From NCBI RefSeq assembly GCF_006345805.1, contig NC_043012.1, forward strand, positions 47,430,001-47,494,000: a stretch of DNA of 64,000 nt, written 5' to 3'. Origin of the DNA: Octopus sinensis. Taxonomy: Eukaryota. Both the position numbers and the translations under genes were made by a program. Below the pieces are notes generated by a model. It was not told where the DNA came from and made no database searches. It saw nothing but the letters and a program-made list of their open reading frames with translations. How positions within the stretch are numbered: position 1 is the stretch's first letter; the number at the start of each line of letters is the position of its first letter. Of this stretch, positions 25,108-37,406 are shown piece after piece.

Positions 25108-25756
25108 TTTAATGCAAGTATGAAAAAAATTTACATATAAATATAAATATGTGTGCATACACACTCATATTCTTACATATATATATATACACAATAATAC
25201 AATATAAACAATATAGATCAATATACATCAACAAACACAATAATGTTCCATATTGAACTCCACAGTTCCATAACCAACATCAAGAAACCACAACATGTAC
25301 ACTCACACTCAAAGCAGGCATATATATTGAACAGTCCAATATATTAAAATGTGCCATTTCACAAAAAGTCAATAAAATTAATATCACCACGACTGATACA
25401 TATATATTTCAATCATATATATACATATATCATATGTATATATACATATAAATATCATCAAATGCATGTATGTATCTGAATATGTCTTGTTTGATTTACA
25501 TGTTTTTCGAGTCAAGTATGTTTTAAATTAAAAAATGATTGAAGTATTCTTTCACAACCAGATGCCTTTCCTGTCATTAACACTTGACTGTGTTTTAAAT
25601 AAGGAATCTCTTAATTACACATGTCTTGAAAGGCTTGAAGTAAGCAGACAATTTGTCAACCAGAGAAATGACAACAGCAAACCTTGTAGCTTGCAACTTT
25701 TATAGAGCACAAACATAAACAGATATACACACATATTATATAGATAGATTTCTTAC

Positions 25757-25880
25757 AGGTTCCATCTATCAAATTCACTCACAAGGATTTGGTCAATCTT
25801 GGCTATCATAAGTGATACTTGGCGAAGTTTGCCATGCACTGGGACTGAGCTCAAAACCATATGATTAAGAAGGGAACTAC
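25757..25880 (-). mobile_element. Old tRNA-derived SINE
   Basis: TCCATCTATCAAATTCACTCACAAGGATTTGGTC...; diverged relative of 45471-45622. Confidence 0.55.
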
Positions 25881-25924
25881 GTGCCTGTGCCTTCTATCAG
25901 TCTTTCTGTACATATGTATGCGTG

Positions 25925-25992
<68 letters not shown>

Positions 25993-26293
25993 GTATGTAG
26001 ATAGGCTTGTAATCGAAGCCGTGTCCTTGTGAAGCACACCTGTATATTCCAGTATGCCAATATTGTATGTAGATGTTATAATTGTGTGAGGTATGTATAA
26101 GAGTAGAAAAATATTGGAAAATAATATTTGCAGAGTAATTACGCATCAAAACAGTAGAGTGGAAAATATTTTTAGTATTATTTATTCACCATTGCACATG
26201 TTTCATTTGCTAGTACGAGTTAGAATATTATACATGTAAGAGAAAATTATAAAATATCTCTTATTAAAAACTCCTCAGACAGCGAATCAATTA

Positions 26294-27523
26294 TCAGATT
26301 GAATAAAAAATAAGCAACGTTTTGAACCATGAAGAATTTGTACCAGATTTTTGCAGGGTTTTGAATTTTTGTTAAACATTTTTTTGCAGTTGTCTGATAA
26401 TACAGATATAAACTTACCCAAATGCATCAATAAATTAACATTTATATTTTTTTTTCCCCATTCATACAATCATCTGAAAGGGAACTGTGAAAGTGCGATA
26501 TTTGAGCAGTTTTGCAATTCAACTTCAAAAAGGATGTAAAGCAGCTAAAACTGTTCATGATATCAATGAAACATTTGGTGGGGAAATGACCAGTGAGAGG
26601 TCAGCTTGAAAATGGTTTAAATGATTTTGCAGATTGTGAGCATTATGGACGCCCATCTGTCATCGATGACAGTCAAGTAGAGACTGTCATTGAGAAAGAT
26701 CCATATAAAACCACTTGAGAACTGGCAAAAGAACTTCAAGTTAGTCAGAAAACTGCCTGCAACCATTTTCATGCAATCAGAAAATCAAAAAAGCTCGACA
26801 AATTTGAATGAAAATCAGAAAATGCTTATTGCTTCTTCTCCGCAACCAGACCAATCCATTTCTTGACCATATTGTAACTTGCAATGAAAAGTGGATTCTG
26901 TACAATAAAAAACGTTCTTTGCAGTGGTTGGAGCAAAATGAAGCACCAAAAACCTTCCCTAAACCCAAGCTCTTCAAAAAGGTTATGGTGACTGCTTGGT
27001 GGTGTACTTTTGGAATCATCCATTATAACTTTTTAAAATCTGGAAAAAACATTACTGCAGAAACATATTGTCATGAAATTGCCAAAATGAAAGAAAAACC
27101 GCTAATCCTCTGTCCCAGACTGGTCAACAGAAGAGGGCCAACCATTCTTCATAACAATGCTCGACCATAAATTTCACTAATGATGCTCCAAAAGTTGAAG
27201 GAACTTGGCTATGAATTTCTTCCCCACCCAGCTTATTCCCCAGACCTTTCTCCTACCGACTACCACTTTTTCAAGCACCTTGATGGTTTCCTGAAAGAGA
27301 AGGAGTTCAAAAATCAAACTGATGCTGAAACTGTGTTCAAGGAGTTCATCAGCTCCAGAACTCCAGATTTTTATGTTACCAGAATAAACAAACTTGTAAC
27401 TCATTGGCACAAATGTGTTGATTGTAATGGTACTTACTTTGATGAATAAAATTTCCACATTGCTGAAATATATTGTGATGAATTTCATGTTTCAAAACGT
27501 TGCTTACTTTTTACTCAGCATGA
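26294..27523 (+). mobile_element. Full-length defective mariner element
   Basis: TIRs TCAGATTGAATAAAAAATAAGCAACGTTTTGAA and TTCAAAACGTTGCTTACTTTTTACTCAGCATGA with TA on both sides. ORFs 26808-27170 (VTCNEKWILY, ILHNNARP: two catalytic D appear as N) and 27180-27449 (HPAYSPDLSPTDYHFFKHLD). Confidence 0.92.
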
Positions 27524-27871
27524 TAATACTCTCTAATTTTCTGTCAGAAGACTTTCTAACAGAAGATATCTTACATGTTTCTCTGTTAAATACAATTTTG
27601 TAACCCCTATTAGTAAATGAAACATGTGTAATGGTGAATAAATAATACCAAAATTTTTTCTTATCTCCTGTTTTGATATATGTATATGTTATATTATATA
27701 CAAGATATACTATATTATCATTAATTGATGGATGCAAAGAAATAAGAAACTTGAAGTAGTCAACTCCAAAATATAGTTGGGGTAGGTAGAATGGGGAAGT
27801 AAATGTCAATAAGAACTAACTCAGTCTTGCCAAACAGATGCCAGGACCAAAAGTGATGATGATGATGATCA

Positions 27872-27944
<73 letters not shown>

Positions 27945-27945
<1 letters not shown>

Positions 27946-28272
27946 TGATAATATGGCGTAAAAGAAAGAAAATGGTAAATCTAGTTGAGTTGCTCATGAA
28001 GATAACATGGATGCCGCTCGAGCTCAAAAGATTGGCTGTTATGAAAACCTCCTAGAGGAATGTGAAGACACAGGCTGGAAAGCAGAGCATTTTTCAATCA
28101 AAGTTGGATGTAGAGGGTTTGTTGGACACAGTGTGAAGTGACTATTGCCATCATTGACTTAATTCATCGCAAAGCAAATACCACTAGGAGTAATATCCAA
28201 ACTACACTGGAAAAGGCAAACCACTGGATTTGGTTAGAAAGCAACAATGAGCAATGGCTAGAAGAATATTGA
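27945..28272 (+). mobile_element. 3' fragment of an RLE-encoding non-LTR retrotransposon (HERO/NeSL-like endonuclease)
   Basis: Manual translation across a frameshift: VIIWRKRKKMVNLVEL..HEDNMDAARAQKIGCYENLLEECEDTGWKAEHFSIKVGCRGFVG...LEKANHWIWL, resembling the VELT.PWE...RK..KY..L...C...GW......+EVGCRGF RLE signature. Confidence 0.7.
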
Positions 28273-28485
28273 GTGAAACCTGATGACCAGTTGATCTAGC
28301 AAGCAGGGTCTCATTTCAGTGAGGGGTGCCCAATGATGCTGTCAAGAGATAGGTCCCGAAATGGCAGGTATTCTCTCCTAATGGCCCCATAAACTTGCTA
28401 GCATCTGGTATGCAGGGCTTCCAAGGTAACACTTGCATCTGCATGTTGTTTGCAAAAAAATATTTAAAATATATATTCGACGACC

Positions 28486-28874
28486 CTGTGCTTGAGGAAA
28501 CCTATTGAGTCAAGTACATCAACATCAAAAATCAATGGAAATTGTAGTTGTGATCCCTGTGCCGGTGGCATGTCAAAAGCACTGTCCGGATGTGGCCAAT
28601 GCCAGCGCCGCCTTCATTGGCTTCCATGCTGGTGGCATGTAAAAACCACCAATCCAATCGTGGCCATTGCCAGCCTCGCCTGGCACCTGTGCCAGTGGCA
28701 CGTAAAAAGTACCCACTACACTCACGGAGTGGTTGGCATTATGAAGGGCATCCAGCTGTAGAAACACTGCCAGATGAGACTGGAGCCTGGTGCAGCCTTC
28801 TGGCTTCCCAGATCCCGGTTGAACCGTCCAACCCATGCTAGCATGGAAAACGGACATTAAACGATGATGATGAT
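28486..28874 (+). mobile_element. 5'-truncated RTE 3' UTR copy with (GAT)n tail
   Basis: Last about 170 bp nearly identical to the reverse complement of 31480-31650. Three internal TGCC-NNT-GGCA..AAAA units. Confidence 0.85.
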
Positions 28875-29129
28875 ATTCATGATCCGCATTATCATCACTT
28901 TTCTATGCTGGCATTAGTTGGGCAGAACTGAGCCAGTACCTCCACCTCCAATCCCAACTGAGTTGCAGGACTACATTTTGTTCATACTTTCTCTTTGCAA
29001 CATAAGTTTCTGTCTGGATTTAACACCAACCACCTTACAAAAAATGTATTTTGTGTGTGAGGGTGTAGTTAGTATAACAAATAGGAGAAAAACTATTCAA
29101 TAATATAGTAGGGGGTAACATATTTTAGT

Positions 29130-29337
29130 TGATCCAGTAGCATCATAGACAATGTCTTTGTGTTTGTCCCTATCCCAAATTAACAATTGGTGTTGTTTTG
29201 TTTATGTCCTTACAACTTCACGGTTTAGCAAACGACACTGATAAATAACAAACTTAAAAATATGTAGTGGGCGCAATTAGTTTCACTAAACCTTTCAATG
29301 TGGTGCCACAGTTCAATAACTGAAACAAGTAAAAGAG
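29130..29337 (+). mobile_element. Old SINE-like repeat body
   Basis: Ends ACTGAAACAAGTAAAAGAG; a related tail lies in reverse at 42441-42540. Confidence 0.45.
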
Positions 29338-29859
29338 GTAATGTATGAATGTGTATATATAAGAACTACACATACAAACCTATCTGTAGATAGAATAACA
29401 AAAAGAGAGGAGAGACACAGGCAGTAATAGAGAAGCTAGTTATATTAGTCAGCAATTGTTAGACTTTTTGAGAAAATCTAAAATATATAAGTTTACTTGT
29501 ATGTCTGTATCCAACAATGTATATTATTCTCAGACTTGCACGTTATTTGAAATACAAAAAGGTCACAAATTTCCAGAACTTTCACATATATTGCTCAGAT
29601 GAAACTTGGCTGAGTGACCCAAGTGTCTTATGTTCAGTAATCTTCTATTTATTAGACAAGACAAACATGTAAGCACTGAGGTGCGACTGGCACCTTTATT
29701 TATGATACTGAGAATGATGGATTTTAGTTCAAATAAGAATGCAATTATTTTGTTTAACATTGTTACAGTAGTTTGTTTTAATATTAAAAGTGATGTAATT
29801 CAATTTAAAAGATCTCTGATATCACCGTTAAAACCAGTGTTCAATTCTTGTTTCATCTT

Positions 29860-30046
29860 AACTCCTTAACATTCAGATTGTTTATTCACATTGCTTTGAA
29901 TTAATCATGCATTACCTGTAGCCTTGAGATTTAATTGATCTGATTGCTTATTTTTAGATTGACTTTCTAGAGGCCAGGCCTGACCGGTTTGAACATAAAA
30001 CAGGTAGAATATTTGGGCCAGATATGGCCGGTTTAAATGCTAAAAG
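29860..30046. mobile_element. Degenerate MITE-like repeat
   Basis: Decayed terminal inverted repeats (CCTTAACATT vs AATGCTAAAAGG) with TTAA at the left end; no ORF. Confidence 0.35.
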
Positions 30047-31386
30047 GAGAAACATATCAATTAAAATCTTCCTTGCTACATGGAGAGGAAGCCACTCTGT
30101 CATGTGTTAACATCATCAGATGATCTAGTTCTTATTCCCAATGTTTCAATAATGTGAAGTGTCATCATGTAGTCAACATCATTTAACATCCATGTTTCAT
30201 GCTGGCATGGGTTGGACAGTTTGACGATGAAGAATTAATTGTTATGTCCAAATATACAATGAAACATCAATGCTTCATTGCATATATATAAGCAGATAAA
30301 AAAAATCATAGTGACTGCCTGCAAGCGAGTATGACTTAGTAATGTATATCATGCTTTCACTCATTATTTTAAGTGTCTACATAGTTACAAGCAGATAGAC
30401 ACTCTACTGACCTTCTCACCTTTATCTCATAATTTTGTTGATCCAAACACCTGATTAATAATTCAAGAAAGTAGTTATTTTACTCAGACTGTTCAAATTG
30501 ATTATGTTTATTTACTTGGGAACATGACTATAAAAGAATTTAGCATCAAATTTGATTTCAACTTACATTTTCCACAGCTATTCTAACAACAGTGTAATAA
30601 TACTTCTGTAACCTCTCGGAGGAAACATGACTCCTCCTTCACTCCTCTCCACCCTTCATTTATGGTTTGAGAATAATTCTATAATTGTTGTAAACTGGAA
30701 TAGAACTTACTCTCTTTCTGCTCACATCCATTCTCCATTTAATGCTACTTTTAGAGAGATAGATTAGATAAAATGGACTCAAAGACCAACTAGAAAGTGA
30801 AAGTAGTATCTAACTTAGGATGTCTCATAGATAGTGGTGGCAATGGTGTTGGAGGTGGTAGATGTGGTTATCATGGCAGTGGTGGTGGTGGTGTAGTGTT
30901 GACAGTGGATGTGTATGATGGCAGCAATTATAGTGTTGGTGTTTTTGCAGAGGTGGTGGTAGTGGTGGTGGCGGAAGTGGATGATGATGATAATGATGAT
31001 GATAGAAGTAGTGGCATTGATTATGTTAGGATGTCTCAGTAGTGGTTGTGAAGATGATTCTGATATTGATAGTCTTTGCATTGAGGTGGTGGCAGAGTCA
31101 GAGTAAATAATAAGAGCCCAGTTAACACAAGATTCTTAAATTTTGGAGATCTAAGATAGAGAGCAAGAAGTTAAAAGTTCCAATACTGTCCCAATTCCTA
31201 CACCCCAGATTCTTCAACTATTTTATAAGAAAGGGGTTAATGGCAGGTTGTATACCAAAAAATACATAAATAAATTACTGTTTTATTCTTTGGCAACACG
31301 TGTTTCATGAGGTACATCCTCGGGTTCCTAAACCACACCTTGTTTCCCTGGAACCCCTCTCAAGATGCCAACACAATCATCAAGCC

Positions 31387-31462
31387 CTGTTAGTGTGTGT
31401 GAAGAGACAGAGAGAGTAATGTGTGAAAGAGAGAGATAACTGAAATTTTTTACTCGGTGTAT
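31387..31462 (+). repeat. Direct repeat, left copy (partner 37333-37406)
   Basis: CTGTTAGTGTGTGTGAAGAGACAGAGAGAGTAATGTGTGAA...TTTTTTACTCG(G)TGTAT, identical to the partner except two 1-nt indels. Abuts the RTE 3' tail. Confidence 0.9.
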
Positions 31463-34400
31463 CATCATCATCATCATCATCATCGTTTAACGTCCGTTTT
31501 CCATGCTAGCATGGGTTGGACGGTTCAACCGGGATCTGGGAAGCCAGAAGGCTGCACCAGGCTCCAGTCTGATCTGGCAGTGTTTCTACAGCTGGATGCC
31601 CTTCATAATGCCAACCACTCCGTGAGTGTAGTGGGTACTTTTTATGTGCCATTGGCACAGGTGCCAGAGGGGTCTGGCATCGGCCACGTTCGGATGGTGC
31701 TTTTTATGTGTCACCGGCACAGGTATCACAACTACTGTTTCCATTGATATTTGGTTTGATGTTCATGTACATGCACTTGACTCAACAGGTCTCCTCAAGC
31801 ACAGTGAGATGTTCCGGGATCCAAGGTACTTTGAATGGGCAGGGGGTATGCGGAACTGGTGCCGGAAGCATCACGGGTCTTAGTAGTCACAGCACATCTC
31901 CAGAGATCTCAGTCCTTCGCCATTGCCTCAGTGAGGCCCAACGCTCTGAGGTCATGCTTGCCTACCTCATCCCATGTCTTCCTGGGTCTACCTCTCCCCC
32001 TGATTCCTTCAACTGTTCGGGAGTGGCACTTCTTCACACATCTCTCCTTATCCATCCGCAGTACATGACCATACCATCGCAAGCGTCGCTCTTGCACACC
32101 GCATCTGATGCTTCTTATAATAATAATAATGAAATTATTGTATACAGTGCTCAGGTGCACCACAACTTGTCAGAAAGTGCATATAAAGTACATGCAGCAA
32201 TGTAGAAATGTCTGGAAAGTGAACATGCTTGTGTGTGTATGGAGGGGAGAAAATCAAGTGTAGTGTTGGCGAATCTCAGGAAGCATGGAAGTTTGTTCCA
32301 CGCTTCAGCAACTCTCAGCGTGAAAAAATGTTTCCTGAAGTCATGGGAGCTGTGCTGTTTTCTTACTTTGTAAATATGTCCACGGGTGTTAGATGGGTGG
32401 AGTTTGAAGAGGTGCTCAGAGTTATTGTTTGTGCGATGGTTGATAATTTTATGGGTGTCTGCCAAGTCAGCTGCCAGACGTCGGAGTGTTAATGTGTCCA
32501 TGCCCAGGGAAGTAAGGCGTTCAGGATATGGCAAATGCCTGATGGAGGGTATTCTTTTGGTTGCACGTCGCTGAACAGCTTCTAGACGATTGATGTCCTG
32601 GGCAAGATAAGGGTTCCAGACCGGTGATGCAAATTCCAGGTGAGGTCTTACCATAGCTATATAAAGCCGCAGATAGATAGCCGGAGAGCGGCTCACAAAG
32701 GATTTGGTGAGTGATGCCAAGACACCCTCAGCCTTCTTGACAATTTTAGCGATGTGTTTTGTCCAACGCAAATCACTGTCGACAATAACACCCAGGTCAC
32801 GTTCACTTGAAGACTTTTTGAGACTAGTGTTGTGGAGGGAGTAGGTGGACGCTGGGTTTCTCCTCCCAAAATGCATGGTGGTACATTTGTCCACAGCCAG
32901 CTTCAGTTGCCAGTCCATGATCCACTGCTGCATTGTGTCCAGGTCTGCTTGCAATAGAGATCCATAGTGTACAGGATTTGACCTCTTTATTTGGAGGTAC
33001 AGCTTGATGTCATCTGCATATTTCAGCACTGTGGCATTCTTTAAGTTGGCATCTATGTCATTAACATATGCAACAAATAAAAGAGGGCCAAGAACAGATC
33101 CCTGCGGCACACCAGATGTCATCTCATAGGGCGAAGAGTGCTGTCCTAGAACTGTGACAACCTCTTTTCGGCCGAAAATAAAGGACTTTAACCAGTTATA
33201 GTTATAGAGTTCGTCTCTTACACCCAACGCAGAAAGCTTCACCATAAGTCTTTTGTGTGGCACAGAGTTAAAAGCCTTAGCAAAGTCCAGGTAAACAACA
33301 TCCACCCAGGATCCGCGATCAGTGATTTGGGTAACGTCCTCAAGAAACTCGATGAGTTGATTACAGCAGCTGGAGTTAGGAATAAATCCGAATTGGACGG
33401 CTGGCTGAGGCTGTGAGACTTCCAGAAGTTCCAGAGGGTTTCTCTGATACAGGATTCCATCAGTTTGGCGATGCAGCTAGTAAGACTGACGGGGCGATAG
33501 TTGACAGGCGATGTGCGGTCGCCTTTTTTTAACAGAGGGATGACACTGGCAGTTTTCCACTGTTCTGGAGTAACACCATTGTCGAGACAGAATTGGAAGA
33601 ATAGAGAAAGTTGGCATAGAAGAAAGTACCCACTGCGTTTGAGAAGTAGGTATGTAACACCATTGAGACCAGGAGAGGCATAATTGCGTTTATTCTTTAG
33701 GTGGCGTTGCAGCATTGCTGGTGTAAATTGCATAGAAGATATAGAGTCCGATGTCAGTGGTGATGATGATGGAACATTTTGGTCTTCGACAGTAAAGATG
33801 CCGGCATAGCATCCAGCAATGATTTCTGCACATTCTTCGGGATTGCCAGTAATCTGTCCTGTGTGGGGATTGCGAAGGGGACCAACAGGAGAGTGGGGTC
33901 TCTGCTTTGAGTGCACATACTTCCAGAACCCTTTGCTGTCAGGGTTAGCTGCAATGCGTTGTTCAAATTCAAGCACTGCCTTTTTTGTCACCTGCTTGAG
34001 GTGGTTGGCTGACCTATTGCGCTTTTCCTGTTGCTCTCTGATTTATGCAATTTGTATTCCCGTTCAGCATTACGGCGTTCTTTCCTGGCAAGTCGGACTG
34101 CAGTCTCTCAAATTGCACTATTGGGTGGTTTTTTGTGCTTGCGTGGTACTGATGCTGCACATGCTGCCCATATTGAATTCAGAATGTTCTGGAGTATAGT
34201 GTCCACATCTCCAGAGGCATAAAACTCGCGCCAGTTTGGGCGTTGCAGCTCAGTACAATAAGAGCTCCAGTTTGCTTTATTCCAGTCAAAGCGGGCAATC
34301 TGAAGATGGTTGTGTTTTTTGTTACAACCAATCAGAGACAAGTCGGCCATGATCATGGAATGATCAGAGTCACCCAAAGGTTCTTCGGTAGCGACACTAA

Positions 34401-36861
34401 TGATTGTTTCAGGAGAAGCGGTTAGTAGCAGATCCAAAGTGTTGTTACCTCTTGTGGGGGAGGTAACAACTTGGGACCAATTCGAATTCAGCACCAGTTC
34501 AAGAAAATCGTCTGCACTTTGCGGCCAACGGAAGGCCTCCCAGTCAATCTCAGGGAAATTGAAGTCCCCCGCAACATACACATATGTGGCTGTTTTCATG
34601 GCAGCCGCCCTGAGGAGATCAAAAAGCTGTGCGTCTTGGCGATAATTTGGAGGACGGTAAACGACTCCGAGCAGAAGTGTTGACATGGTCATGTGTACAT
34701 TGCAGAAAATACCTCCTGCTGAGATTGGTTCAAATCATCACAGGGGATTGCCGAAAGACTTGATCGAACATAAATCATCACACCCCCCCACGGCGATTAA
34801 TGCGGTCTTTGCGGAACAGGTTGTAGCCGGCTATGCTGAAAACTCCATCACAGAGTGCAGAGTGTGCCCACGTTTCCGTGACTGTGATGAAATCTGGGTT
34901 GATACTTTTGACGTAGGAGACAAAAAGATGCACCTTGTTGCATAAACTACGGGCATTCAAGGACAGCAGTTTATATCTGGATTTCAGATGATGATATACA
35001 GGGGATGGCTGATTGTTCTTGGTTAGTTTCCCAAGATTTTTGCATTGCCAGTTGTTGTTGTGGGTGTAGTCTGCTCAGTCCAACTGGCATCCCTTATCCA
35101 CGACTCACCAGACTTGACGAATGTCCAGATCTGCCCATCATCGCGGAGGCTAAAACTCTCCCGTGGCACAGAGTTGCGATTTAGGGAAGCCACGGATTCT
35201 TATGCCTAGCATTTCTCTCAGGGTGCTTACACTCTGTCGTGCATTCACACTGACATTACACATCCAGCGGATCATGCTAGCTTCATTTCTTTCAAGTCTA
35301 CGCATGTCCTCTGCAGTCACGGCCCATGTTTCACTGCCGTGAAGCATGGCAGTTCGCACACATGCATCATACAATCTACCTTTCACTCTGAGTGAGAGAC
35401 CCTTTGTCGCCAGTAGGGGTAGCAGCTTTCTAAACTTTGCCCAGGCTATTCGTGTTCTAGTGGTGACACTCTCTGAGCATCCACCCCACTACTAACTTGG
35501 TCACCCAGGTAGCGGAAACTATCAACTACTTCTAGTTTCTCTCCCTGGAGTGTGATGGAATCTGTTTTCTGAGTGTCTGTGGTGTCTATTGTCCCTGTGC
35601 ATCTGCCGCACATGAAAGCTATCTTATCTGTTAATTTCCCTTTAATGTTGCTGCACCTCTTGTGCGTCCATAGCTTACATTGGGTGCATCTTATGGAGTT
35701 TCTACCTACACCTTTCCTACAGCTCGAGCAGGGCCACCTGCCCGATGGGGTGTGTGCTGAGTTCGCCTTTCTGCATACTATAACTTTGTTCTTCGCTACA
35801 TTTACTCTAAGGCCCTTTGATTCCAACCCTTGTTTCCACACCCGAAATTTCTTTTTTAGTTCCGGTAGCGATTCTGCTATGAGGGCCAGGTCATCAGCAT
35901 AGAGGAGCTCCCAGGGGCAACCTGTTTTGAATTCCTCTGTTATTGCCTGGAGACTATGATGAATAAAAGGGGACTGAGGGCTGAGCCCTGGTGTACACCT
36001 ACTACTCTACCACGGATTCTTCACTATATTCGTTGCCAATCCTAACCTTGCTGACAGCCTCTCTGTATAGAGCCTGTACAGCCCTTATTAGCCATTCGTG
36101 AATCAACAGTTTCCGCATCGACCACCAGATAAGGGATCGGGGAACCCTGTCAAAGGCTTTCTCCAAGTCCACAAAAGCTATGTAGAGGGGTTTATCTTTA
36201 GCTAGGTATTTCTCCAGCAGTTGTCGGACCAGGAATCTAGCATCAGTGGTGCTTCTACCCGACACAAACCGAACTGCATCTCATCTAAGCAAATTCTCTC
36301 CCTAATGAGATGGGTTATGACCCTCTCTGTGGCCTTCATCACCTGATCCAACAGTTTAATACCCCTGTAGTTATTTCTATCTAGAGCATCACACCTTACC
36401 CTTGTAGTAGTTGACTATGGTGCTGCTACGCCAGTCATTGGGTATGACTCCATTATGAACTACCTGGTTAACAATACGGGTGACTAGGCCATAGCCCGCA
36501 TAACCAGCTGTTTTAAGCATCTCAGCAGTGATTCATGATGGGCCGGGGGCTTTACCTGGTTTCATATCCTTAATTGCCTTAACTACAAGGGAGCTGTCTA
36601 TTTGGATAGCTGGTCCCTCTACTGGGTCAACATTTGGCAGGCTCTCCTCCTCTCATTCATTCTCCACATTCAACAGTCTTTCATAATGGCTTCTCCAAGC
36701 CTCTTTCTTTTCACCAACAATAAAAGCAAGTGCCCCATCATCCATGCGGACACATTTCTCCCCTGTAACATCACTATTTTCTCTGACACACTGTCTAGCA
36801 ATACGAAATACCTCAGTTCTTTGGTCCTCACGTCGCTGGACATTGGCAAACTTCTTTTCTG

Positions 36862-36862
<1 letters not shown>
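31463..36862 (-). mobile_element. RTE-clade LINE (5'-truncated), interrupted at 32119-35196
   Basis: RT fragments: KDKPLYIAFVDLEKAFDRVPRSLIWW (36002-36265), MWKQGLESKGLRVNVAK (35446-35841), ACVRTAMLHGSETW (35150-35386). The C-terminus SIRCGVQERRLRWYGHVLRM...GRGRPRKTW resumes at 31909-32118. 3' UTR and (GAT)n tail at 31463-31908. Confidence 0.92.
32119..35196 (-). mobile_element. CR1/L2-group LINE, ORF2 (APE+RT) near-complete with frameshifts, 5'-truncated in ORF1
   Basis: APE LSLNARSLCNK..PDFITVTETW, GVVYRPP, AGDFNFP, SDHSMI. RT NYRPVSLTS, YLDFAKAF, GVPQGSVLGPLLF, YADD. (ATT)n tail at 32119-32130 with a GTGC-ACCTGA-GCAC hairpin near the 3' end. TSD TTCTTAT at 32112-32118 and 35197-35203. Confidence 0.93.
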
Positions 36863-36899
<37 letters not shown>

Positions 36900-36917
36900 T
36901 GTGGTGTGTGTGTGTGT

Positions 36918-36962
<45 letters not shown>

Positions 36963-36985
36963 TGTGTGTGTGTGTGTGTGTGATG

Positions 36986-37086
36986 ATAGGCAAAATCGAC
37001 CTCGGCGGAATTTGAACTCAGAACGTAACGGCAGACGAAATACGGCTACGCATTTCGCCCGGCGTGCTAACGTTTCTGCCAGCTCT
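36986..37086 (-). mobile_element. tRNA-derived SINE head
   Basis: Minus strand has A-box-like TGGCAGAAACG and B-box-like GAGTTCAAATTCC; related to 44985-45092. Confidence 0.7.
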
Positions 37087-37332
37087 TTGCTTTTTTAATA
37101 TTACATTTCGGCGAAGTTTCGCTTGTCGTAGCACAAGTTTCCGTCGATTTCCGTAAAAAACTTTTATTTTTTTTTACATAAGTAATGAGAGCGAAAGAGA
37201 CTAAGAGAAGCGATTTTATGACGAGGGAAGTTTGTCTTTGAAGTTACCGTCTAGGGGAAGCATTGATGTCATGTGTGTGTGTGTGTGTGTTTGATGGGTG
37301 TGGGAGACAGTATGTTGTTAAGTGAAGTGCTT

Positions 37333-37406
37333 CTGTTAGTGTGTGTGAAGAGACAGAGAGAGTAATGTGTGAAGAGAGAGATAACTGAAATTTTTTACTC
37401 GTGTAT
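37333..37406 (+). repeat. Direct repeat, right copy (partner 31387-31462)
   Basis: See the left copy. Confidence 0.9.

Noticed and set aside
28278-28360. CTGATGA...CCCGAAA in the RLE element 3' UTR
   Set aside because: No helix II closing pair and no helix III/UH arrangement.
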